The notes: generated by a model not told the origin, from the sequence alone. Positions 51,258 through 61,398 are shown, counted from the first letter of the stretch. The stretch: DNA of 64,000 bases from Pseudomonadota bacterium (GCA_022574295.1 JACZSJ010000001.1:786-64785); one strand, 5' to 3'. Made by a program: numbers and translations.

Positions 51258-51614
51258 TCAGATATTTTTCACTGTTACTTTTTCTACCAGTACTTCAATA
51301 TTTTTAGATATAGGCATGCCGGTTCCAGCCGTATCACCGTCCATCAATTGAGAAGAGGGTGGCCCATATGCGATGAATAGTATGCCTGACGGCAAGTCTT
51401 CGGGTTTACGACCTTTGCAAGTAACGACCGTTTCTCCAACTTCATTGCTTAGACGAACTGAATCACCTTCCTCCAGGCCGAGACGTTGCATATCGTCACT
51501 GTTCATCTCCAGGGTACTTGTGACTAACAGGTATTCCGGCTTTAGTTTGCCCTTGTTTAGAGCCGTGCCCTGTTTACTGGAACGCCCGGGCACTAATATC
51601 ATGGTTTCCGCCAT
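51258..51614 (-). CDS. fwdD: Formylmethanofuran dehydrogenase subunit D (molybdopterin dinucleotide-binding domain)
   Basis: About 118-aa FwdD-like beta-barrel protein with GAGGA as RBS before the chosen ATG. No FwdD counterpart exists in the fhc set. Confidence 0.7.
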   Translation of the reverse strand: MAETMILVPGRSSKQGTALNKGKLKPEYLLVTSTLEMNSDDMQRLGLEEGDSVRLSNEVGETVVTCKGRKPEDLPSGILFIAYGPPSSQLMDGDTAGTGMPISKNIEVLVEKVTVKNI

Positions 51615-51888
51615 GTTGTCCTCACGCTTTAATTTTTTGGGTGTTCGACGGGTTAGCAAACCAGACTGACCTTTCAGGCATCTGAATCTGGTTTTATATA
51701 TTGTGGGTACTCAACCGTATGTTGACATTATAGTCTGGAATTTTTGTCGAGAACAGCAAAAACGCGCATCACGATTAGAATACTATGAAAAAATGTTCTC
51801 GCCAGTACCTCAAAAGTCTAACTTACAGTATGATAACAGGCCAATTTTCATAAAATAATACAAAATATTCAAACCCATTTGTAAGTCA

Positions 51889-52908
51889 ATGAAAAATCAA
51901 CAATTATCAGTAGCAGGCAATGAATCAATCAGTATCATTGCACCTGCGCGTCTGCATCTGGGATTTATGGATATGCATGGTGGTTTAGGCAGGCAGTTTG
52001 GTAGCCTGGGCTTGTCTTTATCTGACATCTTCACACATATAACAGCAAAAAAATCAGATGCTATTGTGATACATGGCCCGTCGAGTAACCGTGGTACCGA
52101 GTACGTGTCCAGAATTATCAACGCACTCAAGATCAAGGGTGGCGTGGAAATTACAATTCATGATGCGATACCTGAACATGCCGGTCTGGGCTCAGGGACG
52201 CAACTTTCGCTGGCCATTGGTATCGCTATTGCAAGACTTTACGGCTTTCAAATATCTACTAGAGAAGTAGCTATATTGATGAAGCGGGGTGCACGCTCAG
52301 GTATTGGTGTGGGCGCATTCACCATGGGTGGGTTTTTAGTCGATGGAGGTAGAGGTGAATCAACAGAGGTGCCTCCGATTGTTAGTCAATGTTATTTCCC
52401 TGAAGAATGGCGAATATTACTGGTATTCGATAAAGATGTAGAGGGAATCAACGGTAACCCTGAAAAAGAAATCTTTGAGCAATTACCTCCAATGAATGAG
52501 GATGACAGCGCACGAATCTGTAGAGTAGTGCTCATGCAACTTTTACCCGCGCTGGCAGAGAAAAATTGCGATAAGTTTGGCGCTGCGATCACCGAAATAC
52601 AAACTATGATGGGTGAACATTTCTCAGATGCACAAAATGGTCATTATAGCAGCCAGCAAGTTGCAGAAATTATGCGTTGGACGTTGTTGCACGGTGCGGC
52701 AGGCGTCGGTCAAAGTTCATGGGGCCCGACTGGTTTTGCCGTCTATGCAAATGAACTAAAGGCCTACCAAACGCTGCAATTATTGCGTAAAAATTGGCAG
52801 AATGAAAAGAATCTGGACTTTTGCCTATGTACAGCACGCAACACAAAGGCTGACATAATTATTGATGGTCAGTTGCCTCAAGACATTAATTTACAAAGTC
52901 ATCAATAA
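51889..52908 (+). CDS. mptG: Beta-ribofuranosylaminobenzene 5'-phosphate synthase (GHMP-kinase fold; H4MPT biosynthesis)
   Basis: 339-aa GHMP-kinase-like protein (IIAPARLHLGF, GLGSGTQLSLA). Context within the H4MPT gene cluster. Confidence 0.65.
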   Translation: MKNQQLSVAGNESISIIAPARLHLGFMDMHGGLGRQFGSLGLSLSDIFTHITAKKSDAIVIHGPSSNRGTEYVSRIINALKIKGGVEITIHDAIPEHAGLGSGTQLSLAIGIAIARLYGFQISTREVAILMKRGARSGIGVGAFTMGGFLVDGGRGESTEVPPIVSQCYFPEEWRILLVFDKDVEGINGNPEKEIFEQLPPMNEDDSARICRVVLMQLLPALAEKNCDKFGAAITEIQTMMGEHFSDAQNGHYSSQQVAEIMRWTLLHGAAGVGQSSWGPTGFAVYANELKAYQTLQLLRKNWQNEKNLDFCLCTARNTKADIIIDGQLPQDINLQSHQ

Positions 52909-52940
52909 AAAATTATAAACAATAAAGTAAGGAAGAATTA

Positions 52941-53846
52941 ATGAAAGATCCCTATTTGCTGCATATGTTTAACCCGACCAGGAATGTCAGTCCATTTGAT
53001 GTCAACATGGCCTATGAGGCCGAATATGATAGCGTCATCCCCTATGATGAAGTGACACTGGATGATATTCATATGCTTACTCAGGATACTATTTTTTCCA
53101 GAGGCCCTACAGGAGTAAAGAGAACCAGTATTTTTATTGGTGGACGTTCATTTGGATTGGCGATTGATATGTTGAATCGAGCCAGGGCTGCCATGGTACC
53201 ACCCTTCGAAATTTCAGTATTTGCTGACCCAAGTGGGGCGATTACTACGGCTGCTGCTATGATTGCCTGTATTGAGCTTTGGGTAAAAAACAAAACGGGA
53301 GACTCACTCGAAGGTAAAAGTGTGCATATTATTGGGGGTACAGGTCCGGTCGGTGTGTGTGCTGGAATCATAGCTGCACATTGTGGTGCAGATGTATATT
53401 TAATCAGTAGTCGGGGTTTTGATGTGGCACAGGAATTTGCTGAAGAAAATAACGGCAAATTCCATGTCAATATGAAGGGAGGAGATGGAAGCACTGAAGA
53501 ATCACTCAATAAAATGATAAAAAGTGCGGAAATTGTGATTGGTTCCGCCAAAACTGGGTTGCAGGTGTTATCACGGGCACAATTAGAAATGGCAGAAAAT
53601 CTGATTATTGCTGCAGACGCAAACGCCGTCCCTCCGTTGGGTATAGAAGGTGTCGAAGTGCATGACATGGGCAAGGAACTTGATTTCACACCGAGCAAAG
53701 CTGTGGGAATTGGTGCATTAGCAATGGGTAACGTGAAATACAAGGTGCATTACCGCATGTTTGAACTGATGAAAGAATCAGATAAGGCACTTTACCTGGA
53801 TCATGATGAAGCCTTCAAGGTTGCGCGGGAGTATGTCGCGAAATAA
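52941..53846 (+). CDS. mtdB: NAD(P)-dependent methylene-tetrahydromethanopterin dehydrogenase (MtdA/MtdB family)
   Basis: 301 aa, clearly alignable to Methylobacterium MtdA/MtdB. It has the GTGPVG Rossmann motif and a conserved N-terminal region. Confidence 0.75.
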   Translation: MKDPYLLHMFNPTRNVSPFDVNMAYEAEYDSVIPYDEVTLDDIHMLTQDTIFSRGPTGVKRTSIFIGGRSFGLAIDMLNRARAAMVPPFEISVFADPSGAITTAAAMIACIELWVKNKTGDSLEGKSVHIIGGTGPVGVCAGIIAAHCGADVYLISSRGFDVAQEFAEENNGKFHVNMKGGDGSTEESLNKMIKSAEIVIGSAKTGLQVLSRAQLEMAENLIIAADANAVPPLGIEGVEVHDMGKELDFTPSKAVGIGALAMGNVKYKVHYRMFELMKESDKALYLDHDEAFKVAREYVAK

Positions 53847-54984
53847 TCAATTTCTGATTATTTCGCAATCTGGTCGTGCCCTGGCTGTATCTGCGAAACG
53901 TGCAGGGATTGACACGCACGTGATTGATCTCTTTGTAGATGAAGATACCGTCGAAAGTACACTTTCAAACCACTCCGTCACTGGTTTCAGTGGCAGAAGT
54001 AATTCTGAAGCGTTAATCGACATTGTTACTGAATATGTGATCAACAATCCTGAACTTCGTATTGTTGTGGGTAGCGGACTTGAGGAGTGTCCGGATTTAT
54101 TGGCACAGTTAGAGCAACGATTTTCGGTGATAGGGAACCATTCCAGCGTCGTTAAACAAGTGAATGATCCCGTCGTTTTTTTTAAAAGATTGGGAGAACT
54201 CGCATTACCATATCCTGATTTTTTCACTGATAAAGATAAACCTGCAGAGTCTAAAGGAGCTTTTCTTATAAAGACGATTGGTGGGGCCGGAGGTGGACAC
54301 GTCAGACCCTATAAAAAGGGAATGAAGCTGGCATCAATTTGTTATTGCCAGGTTTTTTTGCGGGGTAAAAATTATTCAGTCACATTTCTTGCAGATGGTA
54401 ATTCATTCCGCGTACTTGGTTTTAATGAAACATGGGTCTGTGATGAATATCGTGACTTTACTTTTGCAGGGGCCGTTTCAAATGCAAACTTGCCTAATGA
54501 ATTATGTCAGCAAGTGATTGATGCAATCAGACAATTGGTACCATCATTCAATCTGAAAGGTCTATGTAGTCTGGATTTTATCGTTGAAGAGGCAGGGCAA
54601 TATTCAATTCTTGAAATTAATCCACGTCCCACAGCAACGTTTGAATTGTATGAATTCAGGGAGAGCTTATTCGTTCAACATTTGGCCGCTTTTAATGGAA
54701 AGATGCCAGGGCCTGAATCTGATCCTGGTCTTGACCCTGAATCGAGTCAAGGCCTATCGCGAGCGCTGGGGGTATTATATGCTGGGGAAAGTATTACAAT
54801 ACCGTTTCTGAAGTGGCCGGGCTGGGTCACTGATCGGCCAAAGCAGGGTAAGCCAATAGCCAAAGGTGAACCTGTTTGCACGGTACATGCCGAAGGATTT
54901 GATACCACTAGCGCCAAGGAGCAGTTGATGATGAGACTTGCCAGACAAAGGGCGTTATTAGGGCTGTCACTAAAGGCAGCATAG
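53803..54984 (+). CDS. ATP-grasp family protein of the H4MPT/methanofuran cofactor cluster
   Basis: 393 aa with an ATP-grasp C-terminal fold (LEINPRPTATFE). The start is uncertain (M at 53803 or 53833). Confidence 0.55.
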   Translation: MMKPSRLRGSMSRNNQFLIISQSGRALAVSAKRAGIDTHVIDLFVDEDTVESTLSNHSVTGFSGRSNSEALIDIVTEYVINNPELRIVVGSGLEECPDLLAQLEQRFSVIGNHSSVVKQVNDPVVFFKRLGELALPYPDFFTDKDKPAESKGAFLIKTIGGAGGGHVRPYKKGMKLASICYCQVFLRGKNYSVTFLADGNSFRVLGFNETWVCDEYRDFTFAGAVSNANLPNELCQQVIDAIRQLVPSFNLKGLCSLDFIVEEAGQYSILEINPRPTATFELYEFRESLFVQHLAAFNGKMPGPESDPGLDPESSQGLSRALGVLYAGESITIPFLKWPGWVTDRPKQGKPIAKGEPVCTVHAEGFDTTSAKEQLMMRLARQRALLGLSLKAA

Positions 54985-55110
54985 TATTTGCAGAAGCTAG
55001 TAAATATAAAAAACCAATTCTGCCAAGAGAAATTCTATAAGTAGGATTTTTGAAACATAATAATAAATGAATAATAATAACTTTTGACTAAATTAAGCAG
55101 GTAAATTTTT

Positions 55111-56103
55111 ATGTCTAAACTGGATGACAGTCATTTCCCCAGCGTCAACGCGCTGAGCGCACCAATCGTACAATCTTTGATCGATAATGCAATTGCCTTG
55201 CGTTTAGATGTTTCAACGCTGAGTAATGGAACAACGGTGATTGATGCAGGTATCAATGCCATGGGGGGGCTTGAAGCGGGTCGTCTTATCTCGGAAATCT
55301 GTTTAGGGGGGCTTGGTAAGGTTAATCTTCGCGCGACATCAAACTATGATAAATGGTCATGGAACGTCGATATTCATACATCACATCCGGTACTTTCTTG
55401 CCTGGCCAGTCAATATGCAGGCTGGAAATTGTCACATGGAAAAGGCGAGGATGCTTTTAATGCATTGGGCTCAGGGCCCGGTCGTGCATTGGGCAGCAAG
55501 GAAGAACTATTTCAGGAATTGGGCTACAAAGATAAAGCTGAATCAGCATGTCTGGTCATAGAAACTGATAGCATCCCCCCTGTAGATGTCGCCGATCATG
55601 TTGCCAAAATGTGTGGAATTTCCACAGATAAATTAACACTAATATTAACACCGACATCAAGCCTGTGCGGAAGCGTCCAGATTGTTGCCAGGGTATTGGA
55701 GACGGCATTACATAAGGCGCATACTCTGGGTTTTTGTATTGCCAAAATCGTTGACGGTGCCGGCAGTGCACTTATTTGCCCACCATCAAATCATACAATA
55801 ACTGCAATGAGTCGCACCAATGACGCTATTTTATTTAGCGGACAGGTTCATCTGTTTGTAGAGATGGATGATGATGAGGCTGCAGTGATGGCGAGTGAAT
55901 TGCCAAGTAGTACTTCACGTGATTATGGCAAGCCGTTTGGCGAAGTATTTAAAGATGTTGGTTATGATTTTTATAAGATTGATCCTATGTTATTCAGCCC
56001 AGCTAAGGTTGCCGTGACTGCACTGGAAAGTGGCAATACATTCCATGCTGGGAATTTAAACTTGGCATTACTGGATAAATCGTTTAGCAATAAATGTGGC
56101 TGA
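55111..56103 (+). CDS. mch: Methenyltetrahydromethanopterin cyclohydrolase
   Basis: 330 aa with Mch family motifs (VIDAGI, LASQYAGW). Confidence 0.8.
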   Translation: MSKLDDSHFPSVNALSAPIVQSLIDNAIALRLDVSTLSNGTTVIDAGINAMGGLEAGRLISEICLGGLGKVNLRATSNYDKWSWNVDIHTSHPVLSCLASQYAGWKLSHGKGEDAFNALGSGPGRALGSKEELFQELGYKDKAESACLVIETDSIPPVDVADHVAKMCGISTDKLTLILTPTSSLCGSVQIVARVLETALHKAHTLGFCIAKIVDGAGSALICPPSNHTITAMSRTNDAILFSGQVHLFVEMDDDEAAVMASELPSSTSRDYGKPFGEVFKDVGYDFYKIDPMLFSPAKVAVTALESGNTFHAGNLNLALLDKSFSNKCG

Positions 56104-57031
56104 CATTAAGCCAAAAATAGCAATTGTTACGGATGAACCCGGCTGGCATGGTCGCCAGCTTAAGGAAGCATTGGCCGCACATGGTTTGAGTAGTCAGTAT
56201 GTTTCTTCCATGGAATGTCTGATGAATATCACTGATTCTGGTACTCAGATCAATCTTCCTGGATTTGAAAATGACCCCTTAGCTGTTTTTGTCAGGGGTG
56301 TGCCAGGCGGCACCCTTGAGCAGGTAATATTTCGTTTGAATATATTGCATACCTTATCTGAGATGGGGATTGTTGTGTATAACAACCCTCGTGGGATTGA
56401 GCGAACAGTCGACAAGGCGATGACCAGCTTTCTCCTCAAGCAAGCGGGATTACCCACTCCAGAAACATGGGTTTGTGAATCAAATGAAAAAGCCGAATTC
56501 ATTTACCGGCAGCAGTGCGGACAGGGGGGGAAACTGGTGATTAAGCCATTATTCGGGTCACAAGGCATAGGTGTACATTTACTTGATAGCGATACCGGGC
56601 TGATTCATGATGAATATTTCGCGGGTGTTTATTATTTGCAGTCCTTTATAGACTGTGGGGACAAAGACTCATTTGATATCAGGGTCTTTGTCATTAATGG
56701 CAAGGCAATAGCTGCCATGATACGGCGTAGCACATCGTGGATCACCAATCGTGCCCAGGGTGCTCAATGTGAACCCCTGAGGTTAGATGGGGAATTATGT
56801 CAACTATCAGAGGCCGCTGTTAAAGCTGTCGGCATTGATTATGGTGGCGTTGATTTGATTCCAGATACCAATGGACGGTTGCAAGTCATTGAAGTGAATA
56901 GCATTCCCGCATGGTGGGGACTGCAAAAGGTCACAGATATCAATATCGCCTCAAGTTTAATCGACGACATGGTCAATCGACTCACTGACTGTCCTGAACT
57001 GAGCAATAGCCTGAGCAAAAATAGAACTTAA
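56096..57031 (+). CDS. RimK-like ATP-grasp ligase (candidate tetrahydromethanopterin:alpha-L-glutamate ligase, MptN-like)
   Basis: 311-aa RimK-type ATP-grasp protein. Its start overlaps the mch stop. Confidence 0.6.
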   Translation: MADIKPKIAIVTDEPGWHGRQLKEALAAHGLSSQYVSSMECLMNITDSGTQINLPGFENDPLAVFVRGVPGGTLEQVIFRLNILHTLSEMGIVVYNNPRGIERTVDKAMTSFLLKQAGLPTPETWVCESNEKAEFIYRQQCGQGGKLVIKPLFGSQGIGVHLLDSDTGLIHDEYFAGVYYLQSFIDCGDKDSFDIRVFVINGKAIAAMIRRSTSWITNRAQGAQCEPLRLDGELCQLSEAAVKAVGIDYGGVDLIPDTNGRLQVIEVNSIPAWWGLQKVTDINIASSLIDDMVNRLTDCPELSNSLSKNRT

Positions 57032-57888
57032 TGATAAACCCGTCCCAGGTGTCCGGTTTTCAGGATGCTGTTATGAGTAGTTTTATCATAGAGGTGAATT
57101 CACTAAAACCGGGAAATGTTAGTCGTTATTCTGAAGGTCACGACATGACAGTGGGCGATTTTGTTAGAAGTGCAGAAATAACCAGCCCAATACTGTGTGA
57201 TCCTGCGTTATCGGTTGGGGAACGTGTGCTTGAGAGCGTTAGAGCGACAATTTCCGGGATCGGTTGCAACACCAATCTGGGCATGTTGTTGTTATTTGCT
57301 CCTCTGCTTAGGGCAGCGGAGCTTGGAAAATCCTCGCTTCGATCAAATTTGGGCGTTGTACTAAGCGGGTTGGATGCAAACGATGCAGCCTGTGTATTTG
57401 AGGCCATTTGCCATGCCAGTCCAGGTGGGTTGGGTGAGAGCAAAAAATACGATGTAAATAAAAAATTGGAGGACGGTATTAGCCTCAACAAGGCGATGAT
57501 GGAAGCCAAAAACAGGGATTCTATTGCGAAACAATATGTTACAGATTTTATGGACATATTTTCTATGGGATATAAATGCATTGGAGATTTTGCAGTTCGA
57601 TGGAATAGTGTAGAATGGGCTGCTGTAGCCTGTTATATGGGGTTTTTGGCTGAATTTCCTGATTCACATATCAGGCGGAAATTCGGTCTGGAAGTAGCAG
57701 AGCAAATAAAAATAAATGCAGTTCCTATTGCAAAAGCGTTTCAAGAAAATGATAGTCCGGAAGATGCTATAGAAATGCTGATGAAGTTTGATGAGGAACT
57801 GAAAGAAAAGGGAGCTAATCCGGGGACCAGCGCAGATTTGACTGCAGCGAGCCTCCTAGTATTTCATCTGATGAAAGCAGAATTTTAG
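57031..57888 (+). CDS. Triphosphoribosyl-dephospho-CoA synthase (CitG)-like protein of the H4MPT/MFR cluster
   Basis: 285-aa CitG/MdcB-like protein, as found in methylotroph C1-transfer clusters. Confidence 0.55.
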   Translation: MINPSQVSGFQDAVMSSFIIEVNSLKPGNVSRYSEGHDMTVGDFVRSAEITSPILCDPALSVGERVLESVRATISGIGCNTNLGMLLLFAPLLRAAELGKSSLRSNLGVVLSGLDANDAACVFEAICHASPGGLGESKKYDVNKKLEDGISLNKAMMEAKNRDSIAKQYVTDFMDIFSMGYKCIGDFAVRWNSVEWAAVACYMGFLAEFPDSHIRRKFGLEVAEQIKINAVPIAKAFQENDSPEDAIEMLMKFDEELKEKGANPGTSADLTAASLLVFHLMKAEF

Positions 57889-58051
57889 GATTTTTAGAAT
57901 TGTTGGCGTACAGATATTATGTCTTTTTATCCGTGCGTTGGCTCATTTGGTCGGGGATGAACTCCCCATATTTTTAAACTACTAGATAGGAAAACAGACT
58001 ATGTCACTATTCGGAAAACTGTTTGGCTTTCTAGCTGGAGGAGATAATAAA

Positions 58052-58564
58052 ATGGCAGTCATTGATAAAGTTTTAATTGGTGAAGCGTTGGTTGGTGATG
58101 GCAACGAAGTTGCTCATATTGATTTGATGATGGGTCCTCGCGGAGGTGCTGCTGAAGCAGCTTTCTGTAATGCCCTGACAAACAATAAAGATGGCTTTAG
58201 TACTGTGTTGGCTCTTGTTGCTCCAAATCTGGCATGTAAACCTAATACAATTCTCTTTAACAAAGTAACCATCAAGGGTGCAAAACAGGCTGTTCAAATG
58301 TTCGGTCCTGCACAGCGTGCTGTCGCTATGGCCGTGATGGATTGTGTTGAAGATGGTACCATCCCTGCTGAAGAAGCTGATGATATCTTTATTTGTGTTG
58401 GTGTGTTCATTCACTGGGAAGCTGATGACGACACTAAAATCCAGGACTATAACTACGAGGCTACCAAGCTTTCAATTAAACGTGCGGTAACTCGTGAGCC
58501 AAAGGCTTCTGAAGTATTGAGCAAGCGTGGTTCTGCAGCTCATCCGTTCGCTGCGCATGACTAA
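58052..58564 (+). CDS. fae: Formaldehyde-activating enzyme
   Basis: 170 aa counted from the internal ATG, which is preceded by GGAGGAG. Highly Fae-like ([27 protein letters not shown]). Confidence 0.9.
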   Translation: MAVIDKVLIGEALVGDGNEVAHIDLMMGPRGGAAEAAFCNALTNNKDGFSTVLALVAPNLACKPNTILFNKVTIKGAKQAVQMFGPAQRAVAMAVMDCVEDGTIPAEEADDIFICVGVFIHWEADDDTKIQDYNYEATKLSIKRAVTREPKASEVLSKRGSAAHPFAAHD

Positions 58565-58612
58565 GATATAAAAAAATAATATTAAGCTGTTTTTCAGCAG
58601 AGCTTCATTATT

Positions 58613-58641
58613 AAATGCCCCGTTTTACGGGGCATTTTTTT
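58613..58641. terminator. Bidirectional rho-independent terminator
   Basis: AAATGCCCCGTTTTACGGGGCATTTTTTT lying between the convergent fae and HisA-like genes. Confidence 0.8.
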
Positions 58642-59329
58642 GTGTAAATTTGTTGAGTGTCTCGTTTGTTATTCGTTGTCTATGTAACGCAGTTGCGATA
58701 AGTACACCATCTACACCCATTTCATCTAATAACTCCAGGTCAGCTTCATGGCGCACACCGCCCGCGACGTATATCTTCCTGTCACCAGCCATTTTTTTCA
58801 GGTTGGAGATGAGTTTATAATCTGGTCCATTATTTGAGCCAACATGAGCAAGACTCATAATAATAATTCTATTTGGCCATAGATCATTGTTTTGTAATAA
58901 AATTTCCTGCCCCAGGAATGTATCCATCTGAAAATCCAATGACAAAATAATATCCGGTATTAATGTAATGATCTCATTCAACGTATCAGGAGAAATTTTC
59001 GTTTCACTGCCAATTACATGTTGTCCGCAACACTGGTTTTTAAGATCAGTTGGCGATGATAGACCCTGATCGACCCAGAAAGTCAGCGATTGAAATGACT
59101 CATGTAACTGTCCAATGATCTTGTTATTGTTTGTTCGCCCCTCAATGGCATCAAGATCAGCAATATAAATTGTTTTAAACGGGTAGGAGCTAATAAAGGC
59201 ATGTACAATATCTTCCGGAGAATTACTTTTACAAAGGGATGTTTGTAATGGAAGATAATTTTGGCGCTGGCCTTTGATAGCGTGGACAACCTGCCCCCGG
59301 TGTATGTCAATGACAGGAATAATTTCCAT
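58625..59329 (-). CDS. HisA/HisF-like TIM-barrel protein of the H4MPT cluster
   Basis: 234 aa with the N-terminal IIPVIDIHRGQVVHAIKG, as in ProFAR-isomerase-like proteins. Confidence 0.55.
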   Translation of the reverse strand: MEIIPVIDIHRGQVVHAIKGQRQNYLPLQTSLCKSNSPEDIVHAFISSYPFKTIYIADLDAIEGRTNNNKIIGQLHESFQSLTFWVDQGLSSPTDLKNQCCGQHVIGSETKISPDTLNEIITLIPDIILSLDFQMDTFLGQEILLQNNDLWPNRIIIMSLAHVGSNNGPDYKLISNLKKMAGDRKIYVAGGVRHEADLELLDEMGVDGVLIATALHRQRITNETLNKFTQKNAP

Positions 59330-59351
59330 GAGAGTACCGAAATATTAACTG

Positions 59352-60362
59352 ATGCGTTTATTTATTTGTGAGTTTATCACGGGTGGTGGTCTTCAAGACA
59401 ATGAGTTGCCTGATAATTTAGTCAGGGAAGGCAACATGATGCTTGAAGCACTACTGACTGATCTTCTGGATTCCGGTTTCACAGACATCATCACGACACG
59501 TGATAAACGTCTTGCCCCCGTATTGTTGCCCGTTGAATCAATCCCAATAAAAGGGGACGTCTATCGTGTCTGGCAATCTTGCATGAATGACGCGGATGCA
59601 GTCTGGATGATTGCACCTGAGAATGATGATATTTTATTTAATTTGACATTAATGGCTGAGCAAGCTGACTGTCACGTGTTGGGATGTTCATCAGAATCAG
59701 TAAAGTCTGCAAGTAGTAAATTACAGACAGCCAACTTACTGGAAAAAAATAATATTCCATGCATTGAAACTATGTTATTCAAAGATGAAACTATTCCTGA
59801 CAGTGAAAATGGCTGGGTGATTAAACCTGATGATGGTGTTGGCGCTGAAGATTGTTATTTCTGTGCTGATAGAGAAGATTTAAAACAATTAAGAAAATCA
59901 ATTGACACTGGACATTTCGTAATTCAAAAATATCAGACAGGTACTCCAGCAAGTCTTTCAATGATCTGTTATCAGGGACAAACACAATTATTAGCATGCA
60001 ATAAGCAGGAATTCTGCTTTAATAATGGGAAAGGCGAATTAACAGGACTTGTTGTTAATGGCCTGCAGGAGCAGTGGGGACAATTCGATATGATCGCACA
60101 GAAAATCGCCAAAGCTGATGAGGGTCTGAGAGGATACATCGGTGTTGATTTGATAATACCTGATAATGGGTCTGAATCTTGGCCTGTCGTTTTAGAGATA
60201 AACCCCAGATTAACGACTTCCTATGCGGGATTAAGACAATCTTTATCTTTAAATCCTGCAGAATTAATCTTATCCATCTGGCAAAATGGGGTTATTCCTG
60301 AGGTTCATAAAAAACAGTTTTTGCCTGTGAGTTTGTCGTTGGATGAAACAGATGTCGTTTAA
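59352..60362 (+). CDS. ATP-grasp domain protein (candidate methanofuran/H4MPT biosynthesis ligase)
   Basis: 336 aa with an ATP-grasp C-terminal half (VLEINPR). Confidence 0.5.
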   Translation: MRLFICEFITGGGLQDNELPDNLVREGNMMLEALLTDLLDSGFTDIITTRDKRLAPVLLPVESIPIKGDVYRVWQSCMNDADAVWMIAPENDDILFNLTLMAEQADCHVLGCSSESVKSASSKLQTANLLEKNNIPCIETMLFKDETIPDSENGWVIKPDDGVGAEDCYFCADREDLKQLRKSIDTGHFVIQKYQTGTPASLSMICYQGQTQLLACNKQEFCFNNGKGELTGLVVNGLQEQWGQFDMIAQKIAKADEGLRGYIGVDLIIPDNGSESWPVVLEINPRLTTSYAGLRQSLSLNPAELILSIWQNGVIPEVHKKQFLPVSLSLDETDVV

Positions 60363-61398
60363 TACATATATTGGCTGGGATATTGGTGGTGCGCATTTAA
60401 AAATAGCATCGATTGACCATGATGGCTGTGTGATATTTGCGGAACAACTGGCGACACCCCTATGGGAAGGTCTAGCCAGTCTGGAAAATGCAATGTCAGA
60501 GATACACAGTCAAATCACTGATGAACCAGTCACGCACACAATCACGATGACAGCAGAACTGGCTGATATTTTCAGGGACAGGCGCACGGGGGTGAAGGAA
60601 TTGGTCCGGTTTCTTTCAAATCACTTCAAAAATGAACCCTATCATTTATATGCTGGGGAAAGCGGTTTAATCAAAGCTAATCAATTAAATTCTCATATCG
60701 CTGATATTGCATCAGCAAACTGGCACGCGACAGCCAGTTTTGTCGCGCAACATTTAGATGATGCTGTATTGATTGATATTGGTAGTACGACGACAGACAT
60801 TATCCCGTTTACATCAGGGAAGTTGTTAAATTCTGGTACTACTGATTATGAAAGACTGCGAAACAATGAACTTGTATATACTGGCATTATCAGAACGCCT
60901 GTCATGGCCGTTGTGAATAAAATGTTTTTTGATGGTCAATGGCAAAATATTGCGGCTGAGAATTTTTCAACAATGGCTGATGTCTATCGCTTAACGGATG
61001 AGTTGAATGAACAAGATGATTTGCTGCCAGCAGCAGATGGGGCAGATAAAACAAAGTGTGATAGTGCGAGAAGGTTGGCAAGAATGGTCGGATTGGATAT
61101 TCAGGATGAAAATGATATCCCCCACGTTAAAGACATGGCTGAACATGTGGCAGATTCTCAACTGGAAAGAATCAATGGATCGCTTATTAAAATATTGTCA
61201 CGGCCTGATCTAAAGAAAGTAGGCTGTTTAGTTGGTGCAGGCGCAGGCCGCTTTCTGGTACGCAAGTTGGCATCAAAAAATAACTTAAGATATATCGACT
61301 TTACTAATTTTCTTACTTGTTCCAAAGAAGATGAACAAAAAGTGCTGAGTTGTGCTGCTGCGGTTTCAGTTGCACAGATTACGAGGCTTGTCAGTTGA
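60343..61398 (+). CDS. ASKHA-fold (hydantoinase/BadF-like) protein of the cofactor cluster
   Basis: 351 aa with the N-terminal GWDIGGAHLK phosphate-1 motif and DIGSTTTD. Overlaps its neighbours. Confidence 0.5.
   Translation: MKQMSFNTYIGWDIGGAHLKIASIDHDGCVIFAEQLATPLWEGLASLENAMSEIHSQITDEPVTHTITMTAELADIFRDRRTGVKELVRFLSNHFKNEPYHLYAGESGLIKANQLNSHIADIASANWHATASFVAQHLDDAVLIDIGSTTTDIIPFTSGKLLNSGTTDYERLRNNELVYTGIIRTPVMAVVNKMFFDGQWQNIAAENFSTMADVYRLTDELNEQDDLLPAADGADKTKCDSARRLARMVGLDIQDENDIPHVKDMAEHVADSQLERINGSLIKILSRPDLKKVGCLVGAGAGRFLVRKLASKNNLRYIDFTNFLTCSKEDEQKVLSCAAAVSVAQITRLVS

Noticed and set aside
53081-53743. 220-aa minus-strand ORF inside the mtdB-like gene
   Set aside because: It is antisense to a clearly homologous Mtd-family gene, so it is spurious.
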